Shown one piece after another: positions 35,216-47,032 of a stretch of 51,614 bases of DNA. Source of the stretch: Chiloscyllium plagiosum (lineage: Eukaryota). Where the stretch lies: the NCBI RefSeq assembly GCF_004010195.1, contig NC_057752.1, positions 5,447,223 to 5,498,836 on the forward strand, written 5' to 3'. The notes below the pieces were generated by a model that worked only from the letters and a program-made list of their open reading frames with translations, did no database searches and had not been told where the DNA came from. The first letter of the stretch is position 1. Every line of letters begins with the position of its first letter. Both the position numbers and the translations under genes were made by a program.

Positions 35216-36101
35216 GTATGTATGTATTCTTGGTCATGGTGCTCCCGCTACTTTGGGGAAAGGGAAATTAAGTAAGTCTAGTGATGCATCATTGATATCC
35301 ATCATCTCTTGGAGCTTGCTTGTCTTCATTAGAGAAGCAATAAAGAATTTCCCAGTTTTCTTAAAATTGGGAACAGTGGTTAATTTTTTTTTTAGTCTTC
35401 CCCCAAGAGTTGACATTAGGAGGCTAGTAGGGAATCTGGTACATAATATCTGATCAATAGAACAACCATTAATGGGCTTTATGGTTTTACTTATCTTTAA
35501 TTCTTCGTGAGCTTAGATAGGTACGATAGGTTTTTAACAGCTTGACTTTGGGTCAATTCATTGTTCTAAATCCAGAATTCTCCTCTGAAATGGAAAAGAC
35601 CTGGAGTACCAAATCATGTGAGTAGCGATAGGAGTCATAAGCGACAGGTGGGTTTTACAGATCCTTCTGTCGGAAGGAGAACAGCAACACAGAAAGGATT
35701 AAGGAGAGTATTGAAGTATGGGCTCAATGCTGTGTTACCAATGAAGGAGCAGAGGGAATCAGGTAGGGAAATTAGGCCAGAGTTGGAAGAACTGAGGGTG
35801 CATGCTGAAACACACAGGTGAAGGTGGTGGCAGGGAAATGAAAAGACCAGGCATTGCAGGCAAGATCAAGAATTTGAAAGCAGTGCACTAGGAATTGGAA
35901 GCTGGTCCATACAAGATTGATTGAGATAGTGTTTTGGATGTGCAGTAGGGTGAGAGTGATGGAGTTTTAGATGATGCAATTTGCAAAGTTTTTTGATAGA
36001 GGACTTGATTATTGTTTTGACAATTATTTGGAAGAATTTATTGATAAGTAATGCTTTTGAGTCCATATATTATAATGGCCATTTTTTCTTTATCTTTTCA
36101 G

Positions 36102-37197
36102 GAAGCTTCCTCGGACTGTCCAATAAAGGAAAGAATTGTAGTGCATCATTATAGTAACAATATGTCTGTCCTAGATGTTCACCAGCTTCCCATATTACAA
36201 CCAGAGAGCTCTCCACTCTCATCCCCCAGTGTATCGTCACCTGGGACTCCAGCAGAGTCAAATAAACCTGATCCACCAGTCGAGTCACCAAAAATCAAAC
36301 ATTCTCTTCCACTGGATGAAAAGCAGTTTGAGGAACCTCCGCCACAACTGAAGAGGTGGAGGGGAATCCGTTGGAAACGTTTGGAGTTTAAAGTCTTATT
36401 TCACAAGGGGAAGTTTAAGCATGTGTTTCAGCATGAAATTGAAGAACTTATTCAGAAACTGGGAACATCATTAAAACCAGACCCCCTGCCCAAGGACACT
36501 AGGAGATGCTGCTTCTGTCATGAAGAAGGTGATGGAATGACAGATGGGCCTGCAAGACTCTTGAACCTTGATTTGGATTTGTGGGTCCACCTAAACTGTG
36601 CATTGTGGTCCTCTGAAGTGTATGAGACTCAGGCAGGGGCACTGATAAATGTGGAAGTGGCTTTTCACCGAGGACTCACCACAAAGTGTGCTTTTTGTCA
36701 GAAGACTGGAGCCACTACTGGTTGTCATCGGGTGCGATGCCCAAACACCTATCATTTTGCTTGTGCTATTCGTGCCCGTTGTATGTTTTTTAAGGACAAG
36801 ACGATGCTTTGCAGTCAACATAAACTGAAGGGAGCGAATGAGCAGGAAATTAGATGTTTTGCTGTTTACCGCCGTGTCTACATTCAGAGAGATGAAGTGA
36901 AGCAGATCGCTAGCATTGTACAGCGTGGCAAGCGCAGTCACATGTTTAGGGTTGGTGGACTGATTTTCCATACCATTGGTCAGTTGCTGCCCCATCAGAT
37001 GCAGGAATTCCACAGTGTGACAGCTCTTTATCCCATTGGATATGAAGCAACACGGATTTATTGGAGCATGCGATACACTAACAAGCGTTGCTGCTACCAC
37101 TGCACCATCAATGATACAAATGGGAAACCGGAGTTTGGCATCCAGGTTATTGAGCAAGGGCATGAGGATCTGATTGTTACTGATTGGACCCCACAAG
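36102..37197 (+). CDS. KMT2D: KMT2D coding exon (approx. human exon 48): extended PHD (C2HC pre-PHD + PHD) and FYRN, start of FYRC
   Basis: Contains DTRRCCFCHEEGDGMTDGPARLLNLDLDLWVHLNCALWSSEVYETQAGALINVE...MFFKDKTMLC...FRVGGLIFHTIGQLLPHQM...YPIGYEATRIYWS. Acceptor ttttcAG and donor G|GTAAGA. Confidence 0.97.
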
Positions 37198-37404
37198 GTA
37201 AGATCAGTTTGTGCTTGTCAGGGTAATTTTTTTTCACTGGACAATAGAATTATAATTATTTTCAACACTTTGTAATTCTGTGTAAATTTCACGTAGGTAA
37301 TGCTGTTGCTTTGTCCTTCTAATATAATATTGAACTTTATGTAGACTAAGTACAATGGACACCCCACCGCCCCGCCCCAACCACCACCACTGCCGTTCCA
37401 GTAG

Positions 37405-39358
37405 TCAGTAGGAAATTGAGAAACTAAACTTGAGGAGATCTCAATTAACTGTCAAAATAATAGGGTGGTTATGGTGGGGGATTTTAATTTTCCGAACAGA
37501 CTAGGACTGCCATTGTGTTAAAGGCTTGGATGGAGAGGAATTTAAGTGTGTACAAGAAACTTTTCTGATTCAGTATGTGGACGTACCTACTAGAGAAGGT
37601 GCAAAACTTGACCTACTCTTGGGAAATAAGGCAGGGCAGGTGTCAGTGGGGGAGAACTTTGGGACCAGCAACCATAATTCTACTAGTTTTAGAATAGTGA
37701 TGGGACAGGATAGACCAGATCTAAAAGTTAAAAAGTTATAAATTGGAGGAAGCTCGATTTTGACGGTATTAGGCAAGAACTTTCAAAAGTTGATTGGGGA
37801 CGGATGTTTGCAGGTAAAGGGACAGCTGAAAAATGGGAAGCCTTTAAAAATGAGATAAAGAGAGTCCAGGGACAGTGTGTTCCTATTCGGGTGAAGGGCA
37901 AGACTGGATGACTCAAGAAATTGAGGGTTTGGTCAAGAAAAACAAGTAAGCATATGTCAGATATAGACAGCACACGTTGAGCAAATCCTCAGAGTATAAA
38001 GGCAATAGGAATATACTTGAGGGAAATCAGGAGGGCAAAAAGGGACACTAGATAGCCTTAGCAAACTAGGTAAAGGAGAATCCAAAGGGATTTTGTTAGT
38101 ACATTAAGGACAAAAGAGTAACTAGGGAGAGAATAGAACCCCTCAAAGATCAGCAAGTCCACCTATGTGTGGAATCACAAGAGATGGGGAAGATCCTACA
38201 TGGGTATTTTGCATCAAGGTTAACTGGAGAAGGATGTGGAAGATACAGAATGTTGGGAAATAGATAGTGACATCTTGAAAAATGTCCATATTACAGAGGA
38301 GGTGGTGCTGGACAGCTTAAAATGCATAAAAGTGGATACCTGGGATCTGGTCAGGTGTACCTTAGAACTTTGTGGAACGCTAGGGGAATGATTGCTGGGT
38401 CCCTTGCTGAGATACTTGTATCATCAGTAGTCACAGGTGAGGTGCTGTAAGACTTGGAGGTTGGCTACCATGGTGCCACTATTTAAGGAAGGTGGTAAGG
38501 AAAAGCCAGGGAACTATAAACCAGTGAGCCTGACATCTGAGGTGTGCAAGTTGTTGGGGAGAATCCTGAGGGAACGTATTTACGTGTATTTGGAAAGGCA
38601 AGGACTGATTAAGGATAGTCAGCATGGTTTTGTGCATGAAAAGTTGTGTCTCACTAACTTGATTGAATTTTTTGAAGAAGTAACAAAGAGGATTGATGAG
38701 GACAGACTTCGTTTAAAAATTTTTTAGCTTTGTCTACCCCAGTCCAAGACCGGCACCTCCACACTATATGGACTTCAGTAAGACGTTCAACAAGGTTCCT
38801 CGTGGTAGACTGGTCAGCAAGGTTAGATTACATGGAATACAGGGAGAACTAGCCATTTAGATATAGAACTGGTTCGAAGGTAGAAGACAGGGTGATGATG
38901 GTTGCTTTTCAGACTGAAGAACATTGACCAGTGGTGTACCACAAGGATCGATGCTGAGTCCAGTGCTTTTTGACATTTATATAAATTATTTGGATGTGAG
39001 AAAATCATGAAGGGCATGGATAGGGTAAATTGACCAGGTCTTTTCCCCAGAGCACTGAGCAAGTCAAAAACTAGAGGGTATAGGTTTAAGGGGGGGTGAG
39101 AGGGTTTAAAAGGGACCTCGGGCAACTTCACACAGAGGGTGGTGCATGTATGGAATGAGCTGCCAGAGGAAGTGGTGGAGGTTGGTACAATTACAACATT
39201 TAAAAGGCATCTGGATGGGTTTGTGAATAGGAAGGGTTTAGAGGTATATGGGGGAAGTGCTGGCAAATGGGACGACGTTAATCTACAATATCTGTTCGAC
39301 ATGGACAAGTTGAACTGAAGGGTCTGTTTCTATACTGTCCATTTCTATGACTCTAACT
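37405..39358 (+). mobile_element. CR1 LINE copy (same family as 1905-4222) with a large internal deletion near 39000 and a small insert near 38705-38765
   Basis: QYVDVPTREGAKLDLLLGN and PGNYKPVSLTS. Sequence jumps from the RT INDL region directly to the 3' end. Tail ...tttctatgactcta. Confidence 0.9.
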
Positions 39359-39985
39359 GAATGGCTGCCTCCCGTGCTGTTCTATGATTTTAATGTTGCG
39401 AGCTAATTATTGTTCTGGTAATTTGGAAATATTATTCTTCCTCTTTAGTTATTTATGGAAATTAAACTAGTAATTTCAGTCATTACCCTGAATAGTCAGA
39501 TATCTCTTCATATATCTCTATGCTTCACAATGCAGTTTTATTTTAGACTACACTATTAGTTCTGTTTCTCATATCATTGACAGTTTATACACAAAGTCTA
39601 AATTGTAATTTATGATTTGCTTTTGTCTTAAACTGAAGTCTTGCTGACTAATTACTATTGAAGCAAAACTTAAATGGATTTTTTGCTCTTGACAAGTCAC
39701 CAAAGCTATCTTGAGTTTTGACAAACTATATCTTAACTTGGTCAAATGTGTTTGAGGTTACTTATCCCATTATCCAAGGTTTGGCAAAATGTTAGGTCTT
39801 CATTATATACTGCTGTAACCCCTCTCAATGGAATTCCAAAGCTAAGCACTTATCCAAAGGAACAAGCAGAGCCTTTTTATCGTGCTGAGTTCTTAATGAT
39901 AATGTGTTTCAGAGGTTTCCCTTGGATGTCAGAAACCTAACTGTGTGTAGTTAAACACTATTCAAAGCATAAAGATGATCTCTGG

Positions 39986-40592
39986 TGTTACAGACCAGAC
40001 TAAACCCCCTCGAAATATATTAAGATAATGTAGACCTTACATTTTTCTTATTTTAAAGATCAGTGTAAGGCATTCCGTTCCAGATGCAATTCAATTGATC
40101 AAACTATTTGACATTATGCATGACACTTTATTTTTGCACAACAGTTAAAATACAGACAAAATAAAAATAAAAGAATTGGCTTAACTGTAACTCTTCTGAA
40201 ATTCTTAACAAAATAATAGATATATTGACGCCTACTAATTAACTGTTCCTTTATAGTAACGTCCCATAAACACGCCCTTCGTAAAGGCAGATTTAGTAAA
40301 ACAGATTGAAGAGAACCCCAGCTTTTAGCTGTAACAGAGGTATACGAGCTTCCACATTCAGCTTCAAGACCCCAGCAACTGCAGAAAGCCTAAACTAAAA
40401 ATCCTGGTTCTGCGGTAGCTCGACACGACCTATTTAGGTTGCTTCTATTATTCTAATGTTTTTTAAAAACACCAAGGCCTCTTGAGCTGTTTACTTTATT
40501 GGCTTGAGTAGGCTGCTCGGTACCTCTGTCTCAACCTTTCTTCACTTTTAAAAAAAATGCTAAATACACCTTAAAACCATAGTATTGTCACG
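39986..40592. mobile_element. Possible solo LTR (about 600 bp)
   Basis: Starts TGTTAC and ends GTCAC(G). Imperfect flanking repeat ctctgg/ctcaga. Minus-strand AATAAA near 40127. Confidence 0.35.
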
Positions 40593-41119
40593 CTCAGACT
40601 TAACCAGTGATTTTATATTTCCTCTTTGTGAGTCTTCAATAGTCTCGCAGAAAATTTAAAAACAAACTCACTCTGTCAAGACAAATTGATTTGTCCAAGT
40701 TGTGGCCTTGGAGCTTGTGCTTATGACTTTGTAGACAAGTTAGTGATGCTTTATGTAGATGACACTTTGTCAGTACAGCGAAGGTTTATCCCACAATTTT
40801 TCAGTCCATTGTGTTACTGATCTCTGGACAATGGTACATTGTGTGCTTCCCTGGAAGTTGTTATGCTCATATACCTCCAAGTGACTCACTTAAGAGCAAC
40901 CTTAGCAGAGACTTAGGAACTAGTTGGTTGCTATTTCTACACATCAAGAGTTGGTGTGTTCACCACACAGTAGGAGTAAATAGCTTGACCTTGTTTTGGC
41001 AGGGAATGGTTGAGGAGATACATAAGCACTCTATGTTTGGTGTTTTGTAATTCTAATATTTCTGCAGAGCCCCGACAACATCCAAGCTATGTTTTCCATT
41101 TATTCCCTATATTTCTCAG

Positions 41120-41256
41120 GTGTTTGGAACCGAATTCTTGAACCAATTGTGCAACTGCGGAAAGAAGCGGAAATGTTACGACTTTTTCCTGATTACATTA
41201 AAGGAGAGGACATGTTTGGACTCACTATTCATGCTGTTCTAAGGATTGCAGAGTCG
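41120..41256 (+). CDS. KMT2D: KMT2D coding exon (approx. human exon 49), FYRC: GVWNRILEPIVQLRKEAEMLRLFPDYIKGEDMFGLTIHAVLRIAES
   Basis: Acceptor tctcAG and donor TCG|GTAAGA; 137 bp. Confidence 0.95.
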
Positions 41257-41485
41257 GTAAGAAGAAAGGCGCCAAGGAGAGCAAGACCTGCAAAAAAAAT
41301 GAATTTAATAGATTACAGGTTTTAAAATGTACATACTTAAGCCATGTCCAACCTGTAACTTAATGTAAGATTTAAATTCAGAAATATTTTGAATGGCTAT
41401 GCAGTTATCCCCCATCATGAAAAAGGCTATTAAACATGATTAAGTTTTGGATGTAGGTTTGCTCGCTGAGCTGGAAGGTTCATTT

Positions 41486-41525
41486 CCAGACGTTTCGTTA
41501 CCCTACTAGGTAACATCTTCAGTGG
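41486..41525 (-). ncRNA. Minimal hammerhead ribozyme motif (antisense copy)
   Basis: Minus strand reads cca-CUGAAGA-u-guuacc-uaguag-gguaac-GAAA-C-GUC-ugg. Confidence 0.85.
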
Positions 41526-42385
41526 GCCTCAGGCGAAGCAATGCTGAAAGTTCCTGCTTTCTATTTATACGTTTGGGTTTCTTTGGATTGGTGATGTCAT
41601 TTCCTGTGGTGAAGTCACTTCCTGTTCCTTTTCTCAGGGGGTGGTAAATGGGATCTAACTCAATGTCTTTGTTAAGTGTGTTCCGGTTGGAATGCCATGC
41701 TTCTAGGAATTCCCGTGCGTGTCTTTGTTTGGCTCGTCCTAGGATGGATGTGTTGTCCCAGTCGAAGTGGTGTCCTTCCTCATCTGTATCTAAAGATACT
41801 AGTGAGAGAGGTTGATGTCTTTTTGTGGCTAGTTGATGTTCAAGTATCCTGGTGGCTAGTTTTCTGCCTGTTTGTCCAATGTAGTGTTTGTTACAGTCCT
41901 TGCATGGTATTTTGTAAATGACGTTAGTTTTGCTCGTCTTTATAGGATTTTTCAAGTTCATTAGCTGCTGTTTTAGTGTGTTGGTGGGTTTGTGGGCTAC
42001 CATGATGCCAAGGGGTCTGCGTAGTCTGGCAGTGACAAACACTACATTGGACAAACAGGCAGAAAATTAGCCACCAGGATACATGGACACCAACTAGCCA
42101 CAAAAAGACATCAACCTCTCTCACTAGTATCCTTAGATACAGATTAGGAAGGACACCACTTCAACTGGGGCAACACATCCATCCTAGGACGAGCCAAACA
42201 AAGACATGCACGGGAATTCCTAGAAGCATGGCATTCCAACCGGAACACACTCAACAAAGACATTGAGTTAGACCCCATCTACCTGAGAAAAGGAACAGGA
42301 ACTGACTTCACCACAGGAAATGACATCACCACCCCAAACATATAAATTAGAAAGCAGGAATTTTCGGCATTGCTTCGCCTGAGGC

Positions 42386-42425
42386 CCACTGAAGATGTTA
42401 CCTAGTAGGGTAACGAAACGTCTGG
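42386..42425 (+). ncRNA. Minimal hammerhead ribozyme motif, sense to the KMT2D pre-mRNA
   Basis: Stem I cca/ugg, CUGAAGA at 42389-42395, stem II guuacc/gguaac, GAAA at 42415-42418 and cleavage triplet GUC at 42420-42422. Confidence 0.85.
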
Positions 42426-42639
42426 AAATGAACCTTCCAGCTCAGCGAGCAAACCTACATCTGAAACCTCAACCTGAGCTACAAATCTTCTAAAAGCTCG
42501 TTAACATGGTCAAGTGGGGCAAACATTGTTTACAATCATCTTCGCTTGAAGATTTATAAAATAAAGGTTGATTTATTTTCCAAACTTAGTGATTAATCTC
42601 AACATACCATCAGTAATACGCTTATATACATAGCACCTG

Positions 42640-43150
42640 TACCATCATCCGACTCCTCTCATGTGAGCATTGTAAAACATGATATGGCATTGAGCCACAA
42701 GGAGATAAATAACCAAGGTTAAATGACCAAAAGCTTGGTCAAAGAGGTATTTTTGGGGGGTTGTGGAATTCGAGGACTCAGAGAGATGTGGGGGTGTGGG
42801 AATTTTGAAATTATGATATTGCTGCACTGGGAGCTGGTATTGGTCAGGAAGCACCAGCATGATTGGTGAAAGGCTTGAGTTAAGACAAGAGGAGCAAAGT
42901 TTTAAGTAAAAAAAAAACATGGAATGAGTGCATCTGCTAGGAGCGGGTTGGAATAATCAAATCTAGTGATATCAAAGGTATTCTTGAGGGATTCAGCCAC
43001 AGATGAGCAGAGGTAAGGGCAAAGTTGTTGTGGGAGCAAGCAGTCTCAGTGATGCTGAAACACATTGGATCAGGTATAATGCCAAGGTTTCAAGTGTTCT
43101 GATTTAGTCTCAAGATGGTTGGATTCGGTTGCTCAAGAACAGAGTTTGGA
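42640..43150 (-). mobile_element. Very old LINE (L2-like) 3' remnant
   Basis: Minus strand acctctttgaccaagcttttggtca...tgtggctcaatg resembles L2 3' ends; no intact protein motif is visible. Confidence 0.4.
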
Positions 43151-43972
43151 GTGACGGCAAGGTAAATCTTGTAAGAGTATGATTTGCTGAAATGGGAGTT
43201 AAAAGTAGAGGGGGCCAGAAATTAGCCTGTTGGTTAGTGAGCTGAGACCTCACGGTGTATCTAAACTATATGCATACACAACAAGGTGCTACATAATAGG
43301 TTTAAGTTTCATAAATAGATACAAATGTGTCTAAAGCACAGCAAAATAAATTGTGTATAGGCATGAAATTGTTTGTCAAGAGCTCAGTCGCTGCTCTGGA
43401 TTATTGAGACAAGTAAAGGGCTGTGCAGAACTGATGGGATTTGTTGTATAGATAAAAGGTAATAGATGATGCAAAAGTTGTCCACTGCTTGGTGAAAATG
43501 ATGTGTAATTTGGGAATAGTCCTAAAATGGGCAATTGGTGTCAACAAAGCAATGGAATGAGGATTCAGGTTTTCATTTGCTATCACTAGCCATCGAGCCG
43601 ATAGTGCTGTACTCTGGGTGGCTTTCTCTGAGTTGTGCAGTGATGTTCCTAACAGCTGATCTATTCCTGCACACTCAGGATGAACCAGGCTTCAAAGTTG
43701 TGACCTATTGAATTGAGTGGGCGTTCTGAGATAGGTGTGGGATTGAAGGTTATGGCGTGAATTATCTGCTCGAAGACTGAGCAGGAAGTATTCATTTAGC
43801 CAATAGTGAGTTGCACGAAACTTTGGCTCATCCACGATCAGTCAGATAAGCAATGGGTAGCATGGTGACAGCTGTGGCGCAAGAATTATAGCAGATGAAT
43901 TTTGAAATTTGCTGTCTGCAAGTTAGGGGGAAGAAAGGCATTTACCCAATTATTTTATGGTGGGGGTTTCTT

Positions 43973-44297
43973 CACTCATTCACAGAGTGAGGATGTCTCT
44001 GGCATTTACTGCCCATCCTAATTTTTCAGAGGGCAGTTAAGAGTCAACCACATTGCTGTGGGTCTGGAGTCACATATAGGCCAGACCAAGTGAGGGTGGC
44101 TGTTTCCTTCCCTAAAGGACATCAGTGAACCAGATGGGTTTTTCTGGCAATCAACAATGGATTCATGGTCATTGTTAGACTTTTTTTTAATTACTAAATT
44201 CAAATTCCATCATCTGGCATGGCGGGATTTGAACCCGGATTCCCAGAACAATATCTGGATCTTTTAATTAAGCAATAACACCACTAGGCCATCATCT
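43973..44297 (-). mobile_element. tRNA-derived SINE, second family (paralog of 13812-14163)
   Basis: Collinear, highly similar sequence (gggcagttaagagtcaa.cacattgctgtgg...ccactaggccatc). Confidence 0.88.
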
Positions 44298-44376
44298 CCC
44301 ACTATTTGTAATCACCTTTTTAGTTAAAATACATTTTAGAAATTAGTTTTGTGAATTAATTTTGATTTCTCTCCAG

Positions 44377-44507
44377 TTGCCAGGTGTGGAGAGTTGTCAG
44401 AACTATATATTCAGGTATGGTCGGCACCCGCTTATGGAGCTCCCACTAGCTGTCAATCCAACAGGCTGTGCCCGATCTGAGCCGAAAATTATGACTCACT
44501 ACAAACG
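44377..44507 (+). CDS. KMT2D: KMT2D coding exon (approx. human exon 50): end of FYRC and WDR5-binding WIN motif, LPGVESCQNYIFRYGRHPLMELPLAVNPTGCARSEPKIMTHYK(R)
   Basis: Acceptor ctccAG and donor CG|GTGGGT; 131 bp. GCARSE WIN motif. Confidence 0.96.
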
Positions 44508-45050
44508 GTGGGTACAGGAAAAATGAAAGTGACTTGCTTGTGATAACTTTAAACTTATAAATTTTTTAAAGGCATTTTATTATCAAGTGATCTGTCACAA
44601 GATTTAAACTATGAATTTAACTGCCTTTTATATTTGAATATAATATCGTGCCTTTTATGTAAAATGTGATATTTTGATTCCTGCTGAGGAATCGACAGAT
44701 AGAAAACTGCTTTGGAGAAATATTCCATGGTAGCTGGCAAGTTCAGAAAGCCAAGACTGAATAATTTAAACTTGTAGCATTCTAGCAGTAGATTTACTGC
44801 AAAGAACTAAGAGGTCAAAAAAAGCCCAACTTGAAACACTAAGTGATGCAATATAACTTTATCATTCAACTGTAGCTTTATCATTTTTTGCCAGCCTATA
44901 TAAAGGTATAGATAGAAAGCACTAATACCTCAAGCATATTTTAAGTCTTTAGATCAGGTAATGACAATCATAACGGGCTTGGTTCTGGGGAGCCTTTTCA
45001 TTTTTGATCCAAGTACAGATATTAATCTTTTTCTCCGACGTACTTAACAG

Positions 45051-45219
45051 GCCGCACACCTTGAACAGCACCAGCACATCAAAAGCATTTCAGAGTACAG
45101 TAACTGGAGAAATTAACACTCCCTACAGCAAGCAGTTTGTTCACTCCAAATCTTCTCAGTACCGCCGACTGAAAACCGAGTGGAAAAATAATGTTTACCT
45201 GGCTCGATCTCGAATACAG
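45051..45219 (+). CDS. KMT2D: KMT2D coding exon, pre-SET: PHTLNSTSTSKAFQSTVTGEINTPYSKQFVHSKSSQYRRLKTEWKNNVYLARSRIQ
   Basis: Acceptor aacAG and donor CAG|GTGAGT; 169 bp. Confidence 0.96.
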
Positions 45220-46695
45220 GTGAGTCACTATCAGCAAGATGTAAAATGTCACTAATTATAACAGATTTTGTACTCTGAAATCAAATTAGTTGCTTGGTTT
45301 TTTTTTATTTATTTGCCATCCTCCAGCTTAGCATTGGTAGGTGAAGGGAAGACTAAAATTCAATTTGCTAGGAACGTCGTTTCAAGATATTCAGTTTTCT
45401 AATAATCTCACTTATTAATAGATTTCATTCATTCATCATATTCTCAGCTTTTCTGCTTGTGTCGATGCTTGTGTTCCTTATATATTGAAATCTACAGGGA
45501 AAGCCCTTCCTTTGGAATTTTTCTGTTTTGTCTCTAAGATAGTAGTGCTTTGTAGCTTATAGTGGCTTTAATTAGTTCTAGTCATAGGTTGACAGTTCTC
45601 TGTCACCTTCTCAACCAGTAGTGCACCTTGTTTTTGGTATTTTGATCTTGGCTCATTCATGCTTCTATCTTGGCCATTTTATTTCTAATTGAAGTGGCCT
45701 CCTGGCTTCAGGATGTGTATTAATTGTTATTAATTATTCTCTGCAGCCAATAACCATGATACCTGCATTTTTTTTGACCCACTTTTAATTTCAGAGTCTT
45801 AAACCCTGTCCAAAGTCAGCAAAACGATTCTTTGGTCTGCAGAAAAATTGCCAAATATGTCTAATCTCAGTTCTTGTACACAATTTTTGCATGATACCTA
45901 CGTTTGTCAATGTAAGTATCTAAAGCAATTGGCGAAAGAGAATGTTTTCAAGGATGATCCTGGCATAGAGAAACTTCTGGGGCATTATTCCTTGCTGGTT
46001 GATTTGGCTAGATTGAAGATGAAATATTGTCCTGTGGCCTTTGCCATCAGTAATTTTATAATTCTTCAGCTTCTGGTACCTCTGGACATGAGTGTCAATT
46101 TAAAATCAGACATGGTTTCCTTCAAACGGCAAGGATAGCAATCCTCAACTTCTGGGGTAGCTCTGTCACAAAAAAACTGGTAGATCAAATGGCCGTCATA
46201 AATTGACAAGAGCCATTTGAGCTCAAGTTATTTTCAAAGAGAGAGATCTTGATTGCAATACAAAGATGAGACTGTATCTGAAACTAGTCTAAATTGTCAG
46301 CTGTTTCTGTCAACCAAACAAAACTGACTGTGGACTGCTACATGTGTAAAGTTTTCATGTAGCAAAAGAAACGTATGACTTGATATCTAGAATGAAATTT
46401 GAGAATGATCACATCCATTTAGCTTGTTCACTTGATGACCCATGGCACAAGTACATGGAGCTTAAATTACACTTGAATGAGGGATGTGCTACACTGAATG
46501 TTTTAACATCTATCTGCTTTGATATCCTGGGACTTGAGATCTCCTCACTGAAAAATTATGGTGTATCCACAGGTTAAACCCGATGATACTCTGTCATGAG
46601 TAATGGAACCTGGACAGGAGTAGTTGAATTCTAAGGACTGTTTTAGAATTAATTTCAATGTTTCTTCTACCTTTGGTTATTTTTCTGCTCCATAG

Positions 46696-46812
46696 GGTCT
46701 GGGTCTCTACGCAGCCAAAGACCTTGAGAAGCACACAATGGTAATTGAATACATAGGGACAATCATTCGCAATGAGGTTGCAAACCGCAGGGAGAAATTG
46801 TACGAGACTCAG
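46696..46812 (+). CDS. KMT2D: KMT2D coding exon, SET domain N-terminal part: GLGLYAAKDLEKHTMVIEYIGTIIRNEVANRREKLYETQ
   Basis: Acceptor catAG and donor CAG|GTATGG; 117 bp. AAKDLEK and NRREK are KMT2D-type. The remaining SET exons were not found in the window. Confidence 0.96.
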
Positions 46813-46828
46813 GTATGGATTAACCATG

Positions 46829-47032
46829 GTAAAAACAATCACTGCAGATGCTGGAAACCAGATTCTGGATTAGTGGTGCTGGAAGAGCACAGCAGTTCAG
46901 GCAGCATCCAAGGAGCTTTGAAAGGCTCACTGCCTTTATTCTTGATGAAGGACTCTTGTCCGAAACGTCGATTTCAAAGCTCCTTGGATGCTGCCTGAAC
47001 TGCTGTGCTCTTCCAGCACCACTAATCCAGAA
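46829..47032. mobile_element. Palindromic non-coding Penelope-derived insert with 15-bp TSD
   Basis: TSD tatggattaaccatg at 46814-46828 and 47033-47047. Perfect 62-bp inverted repeat at 46862-46923 / 46972-47033. Terminal sequence is similar to 22871-23027. Confidence 0.9.
46938..46973 (+). ncRNA. Minimal hammerhead motif with a C3U core variant, in the loop of the 62-bp hairpin
   Basis: Reads auuc-UUGAUGA-a-ggac-ucuu-gucc-GAAA-C-GUC-gauu. Confidence 0.65.

Larger units (their letters stand above)
41445..42500. mobile_element. Penelope-like retroelement 3' end (GIY-YIG endonuclease + terminal repeat) present as an inverted pair
   Basis: Minus ORF KTNVIYKIPCKDCNKHYIGQTGRKLATRILEHQ...FDWDNTSILG...REFLEAWHS is a GIY-YIG domain. 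Positions ~42035-42460 are the reverse complement of ~41449-41890. Confidence 0.93.

Noticed and set aside
41506..42054. GIY-YIG nuclease ORF as a domesticated or horizontally acquired gene
   Set aside because: It is a truncated Penelope ORF end with no RT or genuine start; its N-terminus is read from the inversion junction.
6844..46812. Assignment to KMT2C
   Set aside because: Most diagnostic residues (IGVHRKSRKALCAK, FPEADAEK, QQVSLLAQRL, AAKDLEK, NRREK, YGRHPLMEL) and the Q-rich giant exon fit KMT2D. A phylogeny would confirm this.
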